Translations under genes and position numbers: made by a program
The notes under the pieces: generated by a model
The model's database searches: none
What the model was told of the DNA's origin: nothing
What the model saw: the letters and a program-made list of their open reading frames with translations, nothing else
Source of the DNA: Octopus vulgaris
Taxonomy: Eukaryota
Direction of reading: 5' to 3'
DNA: 64,000 bases
Assembly (NCBI GenBank): GCA_951406725.2
Contig: OX597821.1
Span: 73,966,001-74,030,000 of the forward strand
In this document: positions 40,296-53,413 of the stretch, piece after piece
Layout of the letters: each line of letters begins with the position of its first letter
Numbering within the stretch: the first letter of the stretch is position 1

Positions 40296-40963
40296 CCACT
40301 GACGTGTATGTTTAGGTGTCACAACACAGATGTTCCATGAAAAATGTTGACCTGCCAATACCTATTCCCTACCCAATTAATTTTACTCAATCGATTACCT
40401 TGAAATAAAAATTTAATGATGGCCTATTAAAATCATCCACTAATTACATCACATTATATCCTGTTTGCGTTGTTATGTTACTCGTTATTTAATAGCATTT
40501 TCTCTACGCCGGAGACAAACATTTTAAACCTCGTCTTACACACATTATTATTACAACATAAACAAAAACAAAAAAGTAAAAAACTAACATGTCATTCATT
40601 GCAAGCAGTGTTGTGACACCATAAAGTTAATGAGGTATGAACACTCAACTGTTTTGGACAAGGATAAGGTCTTGGCATTGTTTTCGTATAAACCTGGCGA
40701 TAAAATAATTAACGCTTTAGTTGACAGAAAATCGACATGTAATTAGCTTACAGAAATATTTTATTGATTTTAATGGGTTAATTTTATATTTACTCGCCAT
40801 CTAAGATAGCTTGTTTTAATGAGTGTGTGTGCACGTATGAGGCTATATACATACATACATACATACATAAATACATATATATATATATTTATATACATAC
40901 ACACATATATATATGATATATATAATGTATATACATAAGTATATATATGTATACATATATATG

Positions 40964-41000
<37 letters not shown>

Positions 41001-41172
41001 ATACATACATACATATATATATATGTGTGTGGATTTCGTGTACTGGAACTGAAACAAATCAATCGTACATATATGTATCTATGTAAGTGTATGTGTTTTG
41101 CTATTGCCAACATGAATGTTTGTGTATGAATGTGTGTGTATACTTATATGTATACACACACACACACATACA

Positions 41173-41224
<52 letters not shown>

Positions 41225-41225
<1 letters not shown>

Positions 41226-41638
41226 ATATATATATATAAAACATAGTTCTTGAACCGGTACTTCAAGTAACGACTAGGGTAGGGTAACTGACTGCTTATT
41301 TTGACCATTCGTCTTTTGGTTTCCTGTAGCTTTGCTCTCTTTTACAAACCTTAACTCTCACATTTTAGAGCTCCATCACCTTCATTTTTTAGGAGCAAAA
41401 TCTTTTTAGCAGGTTCAATAACACTGGAATTTTGGAATATGCGCATAAAAATCAGTAGTATGGGATACATGTGGCACGATTACAAATTTTTTTAGGGTGT
41501 ATAAAGAGGGAAATAACCCTCATCTGCAATTTTGATGAAATTCGAAACATAGATATTCCAGTTCATAACAAAAAATATAACAGAAAAGTCTAATTCTTCA
41601 ATTGAATGTAACCGGGCAACGCCGGGTTTCTCTGCTTG

Positions 41639-41639
<1 letters not shown>
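41225..41639 (+). mobile_element. Non-autonomous Helitron-like element
   Basis: TATATATAAAA start; 3' CCGGGCAACGCCGGG hairpin followed by CTTG (CTAG variant). Confidence 0.6.
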
Positions 41640-41696
<57 letters not shown>

Positions 41697-41772
41697 ATGC
41701 ATACACACACACATATATATAGAGAGAGAGAGACAAAGAGAGAGAGAGAGAAAGGGAGAGCTAGAAACGTAA

Positions 41773-41809
<37 letters not shown>

Positions 41810-42394
41810 TGAGTTTTGTGTCCGTGTGTATGTGATTGTGTGTGTGCATGTGTATTTAGCTAGGTAGTTACAAATATAGAAAGCTAGGTAGATTGATAAT
41901 ATGTCGAAGAATAAGGTTTAAACGTCGAGGAATGTCGACGGGCAGCGCCCAAATAAATTTGAGGCTGAGAGTGGAGGGCCGCAAGGAAGTCTCTTCTCTT
42001 GCTTTCTGTCTTGATAAACTGCTCCATGAAGTACACAACTTAAAATTGAAGAAATGGCTTTGAAGGAATTTACAGAATCATAAAAAATACAAATAGTCAG
42101 ATTGAAGCTTGATGAAATAAAAAAAATGGGATTAAATACGAATATCAATATTATTAAAATTATGAAGATCGTAAAAACTTATTCCTGAAATGTGTCACTG
42201 AACGGGTTGACAAAAGAATAATGACATAAGTTTAAATCTCTTCCGTCTTAGTAAACGATGGATCTTTAGAAACTGTCATTAACGAAAGACGTAAAAAGGT
42301 CACTGAGGCAATGGGAGTGCTACGAGATGTGGGAAAATCACACGGATTGACAATTCATACGGAAATTATTCTGTGTATCACCTGATGGAGAAAT

Positions 42395-42770
42395 AGATGC
42401 GCAATGGCCGAGTGATTAGGGCAGCGAACTCGCGGTCGTAGCATCGCGGTTTCGATTCCCAGACCGGGCGTTCTGAGTGTTTATTGAGCGAAAACACCTA
42501 AAGCCCCACGAGGCTCCGGCAGGTGTGGCGAATCCTGTTGTATTTTTCACCACAATTTTCTCTCACTCTTTCTTCCTGTTTCTGCTGAAGCCGTATTTCA
42601 AAGGGCCAGCATTGTCATACTTTGTGTCACGCTGAATCTCCCCGAGAACTACGTTACGGGTAGACGTGTCTGTGGAGTGCTCAACCACTTGCACGTTAAT
42701 TTCACGAGCAGGTTGTTCCGTTGATCGGATCAACTGGAATCCATGTCGTCGTAACCGACGGAGTATCATG
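42395..42770 (+). mobile_element. tRNA-derived SINE (family D head, different tail)
   Basis: A/B boxes; head matches 21415-21708. Confidence 0.75.
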
Positions 42771-43126
42771 ACGACGATGGAGAAATATTTTAATGTAGAG
42801 AATTAAGTCCCAGGACTTCCTGCTTGTGAAGCGATCTTATAACCTATTCAGCCACACACCGCTTACACATTGAAAGTATCACACGTATAGAGAAAAAGTA
42901 ACGAGGGGACGATAGCAAGGATTGAACCACGAGCCTCTGCTTTATCTGAAAGTCTGCTGATGCATTATGCCGTAGAATGGACGGGTCTACTTGAATTAGC
43001 AGAAAGCAGAGAGACACAGGGGATAAAAGAGGGCCCAAACTAGACATGGCTAGTCGGACCTTCACCTTTGTATGAGATGGAATCAGTAATAGTAACAATG
43101 TGTGTGTATAAGCACACACACACACG

Positions 43127-43161
<35 letters not shown>

Positions 43162-43194
43162 GTACACACACACACACGCACACACACACACACA

Positions 43195-43840
43195 TTGGGT
43201 GGCCTACAACAACTTTATTATCGGGATAATAAATCCCAATGTTAGTTTCTCCTGTAATGACTTTATGAAAAATTACCGAAAATGAATGAAAGCTTCTTAC
43301 AATGTTTGAGAAGTCTTCTCTTCATTTATATATCACAGGTTTCGCCCGATTGGGTATTGATTTTATTAAATCATGAATGACAGATTGATCTATCTTTATT
43401 CACACAGCTCCATAATTATTGCTCTTTTTTTTTCAGCGATTTTACATCTTTCTATCAACATGTTACTATATCCGTTCAATAAAAATCGGGGCTTTCAGCA
43501 AACCAGTTCAGAGGTTCGATTCCATAAGTTCTTTACTCGATTGCGTCTTATTCGTTTTTCTTTGTTTTGATGTTGGTAGGCCCTGTTCAGAAGCTCCCGA
43601 GACACACCATTCTCCCTCTTTGGGTTTCCAGTTCTCTGTTGTAGAAATGGCTCACCGTCAGAGTTGTTTCCTTGTGGATATGTAAACAAACATAGATCAC
43701 AAGTAGGGGAGGCCAACTCCATAGCATCATGAGTGCACATGTGTATTGCACTGGCGAGCTGTCACCAGCAAAGTTATTGCTAAAAAAACGATCTTTTACT
43801 CTAAAAATGAAATTTTGCCACAAAGTTATTTCCTTAACAA
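43195..43840 (-). mobile_element. Tc1/mariner remnant; its end is repeated at 55663-55910
   Basis: CATTGGGTGGCCTACAACAACTTTAT terminus occurs twice in the window; degenerate WPP..DL motif near 43700. Confidence 0.5.
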
Positions 43841-43974
43841 CTAAAGCACAATTGGTGTTACTGAAATAGTTTGTGGCTCATTAGGAAGTGTTGGAAGTTA
43901 CCTTCGATACATGAAGGTGTGTCCTGGATGCCATGCATTGCTAGTGCTGTGTACAAGGTAATCCCCAGAAATCC

Positions 43975-44560
43975 ATGGTTGGGGCTAATTGTTACAGTGT
44001 ATCAACTTACCCCAGGCATGTAACAACTTACCCCTTCTTTTTCAGTTTAAAACGCTATACCTAAAAATTACAAAAGGGGGATACCCCTTCTGATCTCATG
44101 GAAAGAGCCGCCAGAAAAGTTGTGGATGAAAAGATATCATTACGGGATGTTGCTGCAAATCAGCGCATAGTGGATGAAACAAATGAACCAAATCCAAGAA
44201 GGCAACTGGTACAGAAAAAGCAACAAATGGGAAGGGAAAGTCAAGTAAAACAGGAAAAGGCAAAGGGAAGCAGCCTCGCAGCAAGCGAGTTGCCGATTGG
44301 AAATGCCTTGTCTGCTCAGATTGCTATTCCAACTCCCTTCCAGCTGAAGAATGGGTGCAATACATGATCTGTAAAGACTGGGCACACACTGACTGTACCG
44401 ATGGACGACAGGACTTCTCTGTGTGATCTGTGTGGTGAGAAGTGAATGGAGGACGATTCCGACTAGATGGTACATGTAACAATGGGGAACTTGGCTGATG
44501 AGGACTCTCAGTATCAAAGGATATGAGGTGGTTCAAAGCACAGTTAATTTATTAAAATAA
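43975..44560 (+). mobile_element. Internally deleted pogo/Tigger-like transposon
   Basis: N-terminal psq-HTH-like MERAARKVVDEKISLRDVA and C-terminal PHD-like CLVCSDCYSNSLPAEEWVQ..CKDWAHTDC. DDE core absent. Confidence 0.6.
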
Positions 44561-45519
44561 TACTTCCTAGATGCAAGAAGCAGGAGACGTATTCATTTTA
44601 AACTTGTTTGTTAACATAATTCCAAGTTATCGATAGTTGTAATAAAGTGCCTCAGTAAGTATCACAACACATCCCACACTCGGGGAAAATTGTTACAGCT
44701 GACACCACCTCATTAGTTAGAACCTGTCTAATTAACGTTATGTAATTTCTGTTTTTTGCTGCTGAATACAATAAATAGAGATGATTTACTAATTAAATCT
44801 GAAAGGTTCAATTACGTGGGTGCCAAGGCAAAAAAATGTACCAGTAATTATTCCCTTTTGGCTGAAGTGAGGAAATACAATTTATTTGTAGATAATTATC
44901 TCTTTTTAAGGGTCAACCTGCACTGTTTGCAGGAAGCTTCTTCATCCCAAGCCAAATGTGTTGGTTACCCCCCGTGGATCAGTTACACGTTTTGTGAAGC
45001 TGTTATTTTTGTTTTTGTTGATGTTGTTGTTGTTCAGGGTTTCGTCTGACGCTGTTGGTGTTTTCGTTGCTACCGCAATTCTTTCGGTTCAACATGTCCC
45101 CCGATTGTGACATCAATATAGTAATGCCGATGTGGCAGTGATGTCAGAGCTTGTCGATACCATGGTGAGCAGGTGACACCATTTCTTTGTGATGAAGAAA
45201 TGTGGGCTGCTTTCAATCGAACTTTTGTGACTCCTTTGTCATCCGCCTCTCCTTGACAGCGACCACAATGAGAGAATTTTTGGAATTTTTGTTTTACGTA
45301 AAGACAAATTTTCATGCAAATAATATGGCGGGGGCGTCACCAAAGGGGGGAATCTCACCTGATTCTGAGTGTTAGTTTCTCTAAAACAATGAGAAAGAAA
45401 GAAGGAAGCAAACGAGTTCCTTTCGGGGTCAGAACGACAGGGAGTATGTGAAAACTGATGGTGGCAGAAAAAAAACGTGGGGACTAGGATAAAACCCAGT
45501 AATAATAATTATGTTAATG

Positions 45520-45730
45520 GTTTCAAATTTTGGCAGAAGGCCAGAAAGTTCGGGGGAGCGGGTCAATCGATTACATCGACCCCAGTGCATAACTGCTACT
45601 TATTTCATCGACCCCAAAAGGATGACAGGCAATGTCGACCTCGGTGGAATTTGAACTCTGAACGTGAAGATGGACGAAGTGCCGTTAAGGATTTTGCCCG
45701 GCGTGCTAAGGATTCTGCCACCTCACCGCC
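45520..45730 (-). mobile_element. SINE family A, diverged
   Basis: Sequence match. Confidence 0.75.
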
Positions 45731-45829
45731 TTAACAACAACAACAACAACAACAGCAGCAGCAGCAGCAACAACAACAACAACAACAATAATTTCATTTA
45801 TTTGCCACAAAGGCGAAGGATGAAGGGGA

Positions 45830-46115
45830 TAATACAAAGGCAGACATAAAGTGCGGTGGTTTACATATAATGAAATGATAAAAAAAACCCCAGAAAACGA
45901 GAAAAATAGAAGCAAATAGGAAGAATTGGGAGGGAGCAATAAGAAGACTTTGGAGTCTGCGAATAGTAAAGGTGGTGCCTATAATAATTGGTGCGCTGGG
46001 AAGAGTAAGCCAAGATATAGACAAATGGCTGAAGGAGATTGGAATAAAATGGCCGGTAGAGCTCCCAATGAAAGTTTGTCTTTTAGTGATGATTATCAGG
46101 AGGGTTCTAAGCACT
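45830..46115 (+). mobile_element. R4/Dong-like non-LTR retrotransposon, restriction-like endonuclease C-terminus
   Basis: IRRLWSLRIVKVVPIIIGALGRVSQDIDKWLKEIGI..KVCLL..IIRRVL. Confidence 0.75.
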
Positions 46116-46237
46116 TGAAAAACTGCTGAAAGCTTGTGGATACCAAAGGTTCCAGGTAGTAACCCGCTATCCTTAAAATCCTTACCAGGAATAAGACCGA
46201 ACCTGAGACAAACCAAAATGATAATAAATTTTAATAA

Positions 46238-47280
46238 CACTGGTCTGCATTTGGGATTTTTAAAAATTTATTTCTATTCGTGGATGTGATGTTTCATATT
46301 CTTTGTACAACATCCCCACGTGTTCGACAAGGCCAGAAATATTTGAACAGAAAACTAAATAATCCTCTTTCTCAAAGAACTCAGTGAATTCCGCTTCATG
46401 ATGATGGTATCAAGCGAATGTTGTTCCAGAAGCTAGAAGCCTGTGTTCATGCAGTCTAGAGCCAAGTAATTGTGCACTTTTTTTGGAAGGTTAAGGTCTG
46501 TAACCAAGTCATTGGTTGAAGAATTTGGGATCATCATTTGTTGGTGGCTCATAGTGTATTTCCATCTCATTTTACTACCAGTTTGAGAATCTGGTGAAAT
46601 TTCCCGTATCTTGGGTGGCACAGGTGCAGGAATATCATCTGAGTGTGAAACAGGCCTTACTGCTGAAGGAATATTTAGGTATATTATGCGATCTTTAGTC
46701 TTCTTGTTGAATCCAAAGTAGCAGTCATCATAGTGGTTCATCTTCTCCCGCCATACCACTGGTACTCAAAAGGACATACATTTAAGGTTTCCAACTGACC
46801 ACATTTGAAGCTTACTGGTACAATTCTTGCAAGTTTTGTGAGGCGCAAATGGTTTGTCCTGGTCTCTAAATAGCAGGGCATCAGCAAAGGAGTAATATTA
46901 CTCTGGGAATCTGAAAGGGTAAATTGCCCACAGACATAGCAGAATGTATCTGGTGAATTGATGCAGCCTCTAGACATATTCACAAACTGAAAATAAAGAA
47001 AAATATATCAGATTTAACATTTAAGTCAACATAAGGTAAGCATTTTAATTTATTATTTACTTATAGAAAAAGAGACAAGTAACATCTCTGTATAACTTGA
47101 CAACCTGATGTGATAGAGATGAATAAAAAACACAATGACTCATTATTTTCATATATATTCAGAAAAAGAAACCATACAGCCAATTATATAAAAAAAATCA
47201 TACAGACATACGCATCACTCAAAATTCTACCTAAAAGACTGAAAGAAATTGGAATTGAAACTTGCATTGTCGACCTTCAG
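46238..47280 (-). mobile_element. Chapaev3-like (CMC) DNA transposon remnant
   Basis: MSRGCINSPDTFCYVCGQFT..MVWRE..NHYDDCYF..YLNIPSAVRPVSHSDDIP..NDLVTDLNLPK; frameshifted; CACTG terminus at 46238. Confidence 0.7.
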
Positions 47281-47763
47281 AAAAAGTTCCATCCTTTATT
47301 CTGCAGGATCGTAAGAAAAGATTCTTGGGGTTCGAGGGGACTTGTCACCAAACCCCGAGTTGAAATACATGCTAAATTTACGTACGCTCCCGAAACGGTG
47401 TTTATAATAAGGTCCTTTCGATTATCGATCCGCGAATGGATTGAAAGCAAAGCCGGCCTAGTTTTTCATCCATTTGGAGTCGGTAAAATAAAGGACCAGT
47501 TAAGTAATGGAGGTAGGTTCAACCGATTAACTACTTTCTTCGAAATTACAGGCATACTCCACATATAGAATAGAGCTTCGAAAACATGTGTTGCTCCATT
47601 TATTCCAGTGCTTTCTATTGTGTTCAGATCCAGTCGAGATCAAATCTGCCTTTTCTCCTTTCGGTGTCGACAGAAATAAAATACCAGTCATGTACTGGGG
47701 TCACCTAATCTACTAATCAACTAAAATCCTCACCCACATTTCTGACTGCTGCTTTTGTTAGAA

Positions 47764-47820
<57 letters not shown>

Positions 47821-48179
47821 GCCTCTGTTGGTGATGATGATGATGATGATGATTAGAACGTCAGTAAAAATGTTTTGATGCTTTGGTTCTGACTATTTTC
47901 GCGAAGTTACATTTGGCTTTCATCCCTCCGGGGGTCGGTTACAGTAAAGTACTAGGATTAATTCCTAGGGTCGATGGTAATGATTAACCATCAATCACTA
48001 AAACTTTCCAAAGTTTGGACCTAAATCAGAAGAAATTATTATTATAGAAAAAGTAATTAAATTAAGGATTAATTAAACGAGCGAAGAACGAATATATAGT
48101 GCGTTTGTTCATTTGGCAGGGAAAGTGACCGTCCCGAAATACAACTATAAAGAATAGTCATTTTAATGACTGCGAATGA

Positions 48180-48580
48180 AGGCATCGAGCTAGTAGAATC
48201 GTTAACCCACCGGGCAAAATACTTGGCTGCATTGCGTTCTGAGTTCAAATTCCACCGACGTCGACTTGACTTTTATTTCTTTCGGGATTGATAAACTAAG
48301 TACCAGTGAAGTACTGGGGTCGATGCAATCGACTTCCTCTTCCTGGCCCCTTTATTCAAGTCTGTTAATGTCTTTGGCGAGCTGGCAAGATGGTTAGCAC
48401 GTCGGGCAAAATACTTCGTAGCATTGTTTCTGGGTTCAAATTCCGCCAAGGTCGACTTTTGCTTTCATCCCTTTCGGGTTTTTAATCAAATGATTATCAG
48501 TTGAACACTGGGGTCGATGTAATCGACTTCACCTCTCTACCGAAATTGCTGGCCTTGTGTCAAAATTTGAAGACATTATT
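48180..48580 (+). mobile_element. Two old SINE family A copies
   Basis: Diverged matches to the consensus. Confidence 0.7.
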
Positions 48581-49058
48581 ACTGACTTAATACAAATACA
48601 AAGTCGGTGCGCTGACAGAATCGTCAGCATACTTGACAGAACCGCTTCGCGATATTATTTCCAGCTCTTTACAGACGGGAGGTGAGAGCTACATAGGCTC
48701 AACATAGAAAACGCTTACTATATATATATATATATATATGCATATATATAGTATATTCATGTGTGTGTGTTACAGTTTATCTTGATGAATATATGATGTT
48801 ATATATATATGACAAGCGTATCATGTTTATCTGAATCATCATCTCTATACGTATGTATATATACATGTGTGAGTGTGTGTGTGTTTGTGTGCGTATGTGT
48901 ATGTATATATATATATTTATGAATGTTCACACATATGTATTCACCATGACATTTAATTTCATATATATATATATAAATATATCTGAATACACACACATAC
49001 ACACTCTCTCTCTCACACACATACACACATATATATATATATATATATACACACACAT

Positions 49059-49174
<116 letters not shown>

Positions 49175-49891
49175 CATATATACATATATATATATATACA
49201 CTATGGGGAAAATAAGTATGACATTGTTGAGTGTCGAGTAAGCCAAAAGACGTTCAAAATACAGAAATACATGAGAAAAATTCTCACGTCATTGCATCTC
49301 CACGAGTAAGTGTGTGGGAAGAGCGTCCTAAACTGACCGGATATCCCGTGTAGGAGTAACGAACGTTCCTCTGTTATGTGTGAATGGAAACACAAACGGA
49401 AGGCGATGAAAACTGGTTGACTTAGAAAACTCTGGTGAAGGCGAGTGGGTAGAGCACTGCGTAAGACGGTGAAATAACAGAATTCTATATATGTTAAATA
49501 ATATTGGAAGGGATCGGATGACAAACTTTAAACCAAATCCCATTGTTTTCGACTCTGTTCTTCGCCCTTCCGGGATTTATTAATAAAATAGGTGTTAACC
49601 ATGGACTGGAGCCCAGGAATCAAAAATTTGTTATGGGTTTGGATTTTATTAATAGTAAACGCTGTCTAAATATTATTAACTGGGGATGATAAAAGACAAA
49701 TTGCAATTGTTTTACTAAGGTACGAGACGACAATTTTGTAGCCGAGAATAATCGTCGCTTCCATAGTTTTCAGTGGACGACCTTTACATACTTTGGGAGA
49801 TGCAACAGCGTTGGATTATGAAGTTAGCTTTGGTAGAAATTCATATAGGGAAGGTATTTAATCAGAAAAAAATATGCTGACTTTATATTAA

Positions 49892-50706
49892 CACGTTGCC
49901 TTCCACATGATATCGATATGATCTGCTTCTATTTGCCAAAAGGGTTTTATTAACTTTCTCAAATCAGAAATCTGAAATATTTTGTATGGTGGTATATATA
50001 GGTACATAATACATGTAATTACACTACAACAACGTAATACGCGTTATCTCATAGCAATGAAAAAATGCTCAGATTGGTTTGCTAGGAAGGCTTTGAGCGG
50101 ATGTTATTCATTATTTGACTTTGTCTCTTCATTGTATAATGTTTTCTTTATTTTTTTTCAGATTTATAAAGAACTTTTATAAATTTTGACTTGTAATATA
50201 TAACATACCCAAAAGCTTTTCCAATGAAGACATTGATGGAATGCTTCATGTACTCATGGAAAATGAACTACCGGAAGACGATATCTTGGAGTCAGAGAGT
50301 GAATCCTCAGATGCTTTGGATAAAAATTATGTAGCAAATGCCAGTGGAAGTAAATACCAGTGACACCAGTTCTACTGACAAAGATGAACAATTAGTTGCT
50401 CGAGGTCGTAAGAGACAACGCAGTTCTCCGGCACCAACTGCATCGACATCTAATACTTATACCTGGTATATATAGATGTTTTACCAAATATATTTCCTGG
50501 CAGGTGCCATGATACGATTTAACTCGTATCATTGGGCAAATAAAAGGTGTCTTTAGTGTTTCCACAACACACTCACAATGTTAGTTCCAGGCGTCAGTTC
50601 ATTTTAAGCATGCTACAATAAAATAGACCTCTACGAGTATGCTCGTACCTGGTAAAAATGTATAGATTGCCAACTACGAGATAACTCGTTGTTGGCAGTC
50701 AACGTG
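49892..50706 (+). mobile_element. Non-autonomous piggyBac-like element
   Basis: TTAA|CACGTTG ... CAACGTG|TTAA, subterminal hairpin 50668-50697, acidic N-terminal remnant MENELPEDDILESESESSD. Confidence 0.7.
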
Positions 50707-51143
50707 TTAATCACGATAAAGGCATATAAGGGTCACGTTTGTTTGAACAGGCTCCGGTATGAGCAGATGAGAGGGTGGAAATCGAACATACACATAAAAG
50801 GGGAATAATGAAGTGATGCTTTAGAAACTTGTTTGGTTAAGACAAAACACAGTTTGAGGAAGTTTACGTTCGAGAATTTAGGCCTCAGTACTTTTCTCCC
50901 TTCTTTTATCGTGACGGAAATTATTTGGAGAAACGTAAGCTAGGTTTATATTCACAATATAGAGGTATGCTCTAACTTGAAATCTAAATGTTGCTGGATA
51001 TTTTGTTCAACATTTCAAAGAATCTGCCGTACACATTCCTACAAGCGCTAACAGTAATAATGATTTTTCACTTTGGCTGCTGTAAGGGTTCCAACATTCC
51101 TACACAACTTGGTACAAAGATTCATACGACACACACACTCACA

Positions 51144-51242
<99 letters not shown>

Positions 51243-51547
51243 ACAGAATTTACATATGACCTGAGGAAACGCAACTAGATCTCATAATGAAAGGAAACAG
51301 TTGCATAATCAAGTACCTGCACGCCTGGAGAACTACGTTGCATGGAAACAATTGTAGTGATTAAAAAATGAATGTCCAACCGTACTGCTTCTTGTTGATT
51401 CCAGTTTTTTCAATTATCTATTCACACAAGACAGATGCCCAAACGCATACCTGGAAGTACGTATAATACTACAACTGGATAGCAGAGGGAGAAATCTGAA
51501 GGTGGACGAGGCTTTATACTGTACACTATTCTTAACAGAATATACCA

Positions 51548-51624
<77 letters not shown>

Positions 51625-51672
51625 AGGGGGGATTTTCTTCCTTCGTCTTCCTTTTCTATTGGACTTTCTTCT

Positions 51673-51707
51673 GTTTCTGAAGAAGAGCGTTGCTCGAAAC
51701 GTTAAAC
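51673..51707 (+). ncRNA. Minimal hammerhead, canonical core
   Basis: GTTT-CTGAAGA-A-GAGC-gtt-GCTC-GAAAC-GTT-AAAC; palindromic AACGTT. Confidence 0.75.
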
Positions 51708-51801
51708 CGCCTTTCTTCCCTTCCCTGAGCGTCTGCTAACGCTTTACATGTACCACGTCTTCGCGTTGTTTTTTTGTGCTTGTTCTTCTTTTTCTGGATT
51801 T

Positions 51802-51860
<59 letters not shown>

Positions 51861-52384
51861 GTATGTATGCAGAAAATTCGGATGACGCAAAATCAAAAAT
51901 ATGGAAGTGAAAAAGTTTTGCTAATTGAAAGTATAACAGTATATTTTTGGGAAATTGTTTTTTCACAGTGAAATGTGAAGTGTTTTGAAGGCCCTATGGT
52001 AAGGTTCGAACTCAGCACATACGCGATGAAACCCAATTAACACACATTAATACCACACGCACCTTCCTAAGTAACGTTTTGGGAGAAAAAGTAATTACGA
52101 TTTCTTACTTTGGTACAAACCCCAAATCGTGTAAGTTTGAACGGTAATGTATAAGATCACCCCCAGGAGAAGACTGGTACTTAATATATTAACAACAGTA
52201 TATGTTGGTAATTGATTTCTAGCATTGAGACCAAACCCCAAACTTGCAGGAGAATAAGTTCGACGTTGAACGGACACGAAGACACGAAAGATACAGCAAT
52301 TCATTAACAAAGACACTAATATTAACACACAAATGTTTCCTTCAAACGGTAAAGGGGTCATTTTTTGTTCCCCCTTGTTTGTTT

Positions 52385-52710
52385 TTACGTTCTGAGTTCA
52401 AATTCTACCGAGGTCGACTTTGCCTTTCATCCTTTCGAGGTCGATAAATTAGATACCAGTTACGCACTGGGGTCTATATAAGCGACTTAATCCGTCTGTC
52501 TGTCCTTGTTTGTCTCCTCTGTGTGTAGCCCCTTGTGGGTAGTAAAGAAATAGGTATTTCGTCTGTCGTTACGTTCTGAGTTCAAATTCCGCCGAGGCCG
52601 ACTTTGCCTTTCATCGTTGATAAATTAAGTACCAGTTGCGAACTGGGGTCGATCTAACCGACTGGCCCACTCCTCAAAAATTTAGGGCCTTGTGCCTAGA
52701 ATAGAAAATA
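52385..52710 (+). mobile_element. SINE family A dimer, 5' truncated
   Basis: Same dimer junction as other copies. Confidence 0.8.
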
Positions 52711-53034
52711 ATTAAACAAAATATTACCGGAATGTAGCAGAAATAAACTGAGGACAAGAAAGTTTTTAAAACAATACAAGAAACGTTTATAAAAAGATGA
52801 TTTAATTTTATTTTATATTTCTTTCTAAGAGTTATAAAGCGATAAACATCATATTTTATTTAACTGAAATCAGTTTTTCACTAGAACCAGTACACTGATA
52901 TTCAAATCTTGTTTAATAAAATTGTTGTAATTAAAAGGACGAATAACTTACTAAGCCAAATTATTTTTTCTTGTCATTTAGTGTCAAACCTTTCCTAAAA
53001 CATGCCAAAATTACGAAAAGCACGTTGTTAGTCT

Positions 53035-53195
53035 TGCATGAAGTTGAAAGCAGAGGTTTTGTGGGTAAATTTGCTTATAGTTTGATGAAACAACTTTCAG
53101 ACTCTGGGAAGAGAACAGAACCAAAGGCCTAAAGGCGATATCAGAGACAGTGGAGAGGTTTTCCAGTCGGATCTGGTCGGGGTGGGGGATGAAAA
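53035..53195 (+). mobile_element. HERO/R2-like RLE LINE C-terminal fragment (second copy 59588-59700)
   Basis: EVESRGFVGK..LMKQLS..KNRTKA.KAISETVER.SS.IWS. Confidence 0.6.
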
Positions 53196-53369
53196 ATGAC
53201 CCCTATATCGTTTGAAGGTAATATTTGTGTCAGTTAAGACAGCGAGCTGGCAGAGTCGTTTGTACACACAGCGGCATTACGTCCGTCTTTACGTTTTGAA
53301 TTCAAATGCCGCCGAGGTCCACTCTCCTTTCATCCTCCCTTGAGAACCCAGGTTCGAAATTTCCCCAAG

Positions 53370-53413
53370 ACACCTGATGAAGGCTGGAGGGTGTATCAGC
53401 CGAAACGTTGTGT
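53370..53413 (+). ncRNA. Minimal hammerhead, canonical core, in a PLE pseudo-LTR fragment inserted into a SINE
   Basis: ACAC-CTGATGA-A-GGCTG..CAGCC-GAAAC-GTT-GTGT. Confidence 0.8.

Noticed and set aside
45070-45315. ORF with a faint resemblance to histone H2A C-terminal motifs (RLKAAHI, VTIGG.V.P)
   Set aside because: Motif spacing is wrong and the upstream histone-fold sequence is absent.
47110-47568. 152 aa plus-strand ORF
   Set aside because: Spans the end of a DNA transposon remnant and a decayed SINE core; no recognisable domain.
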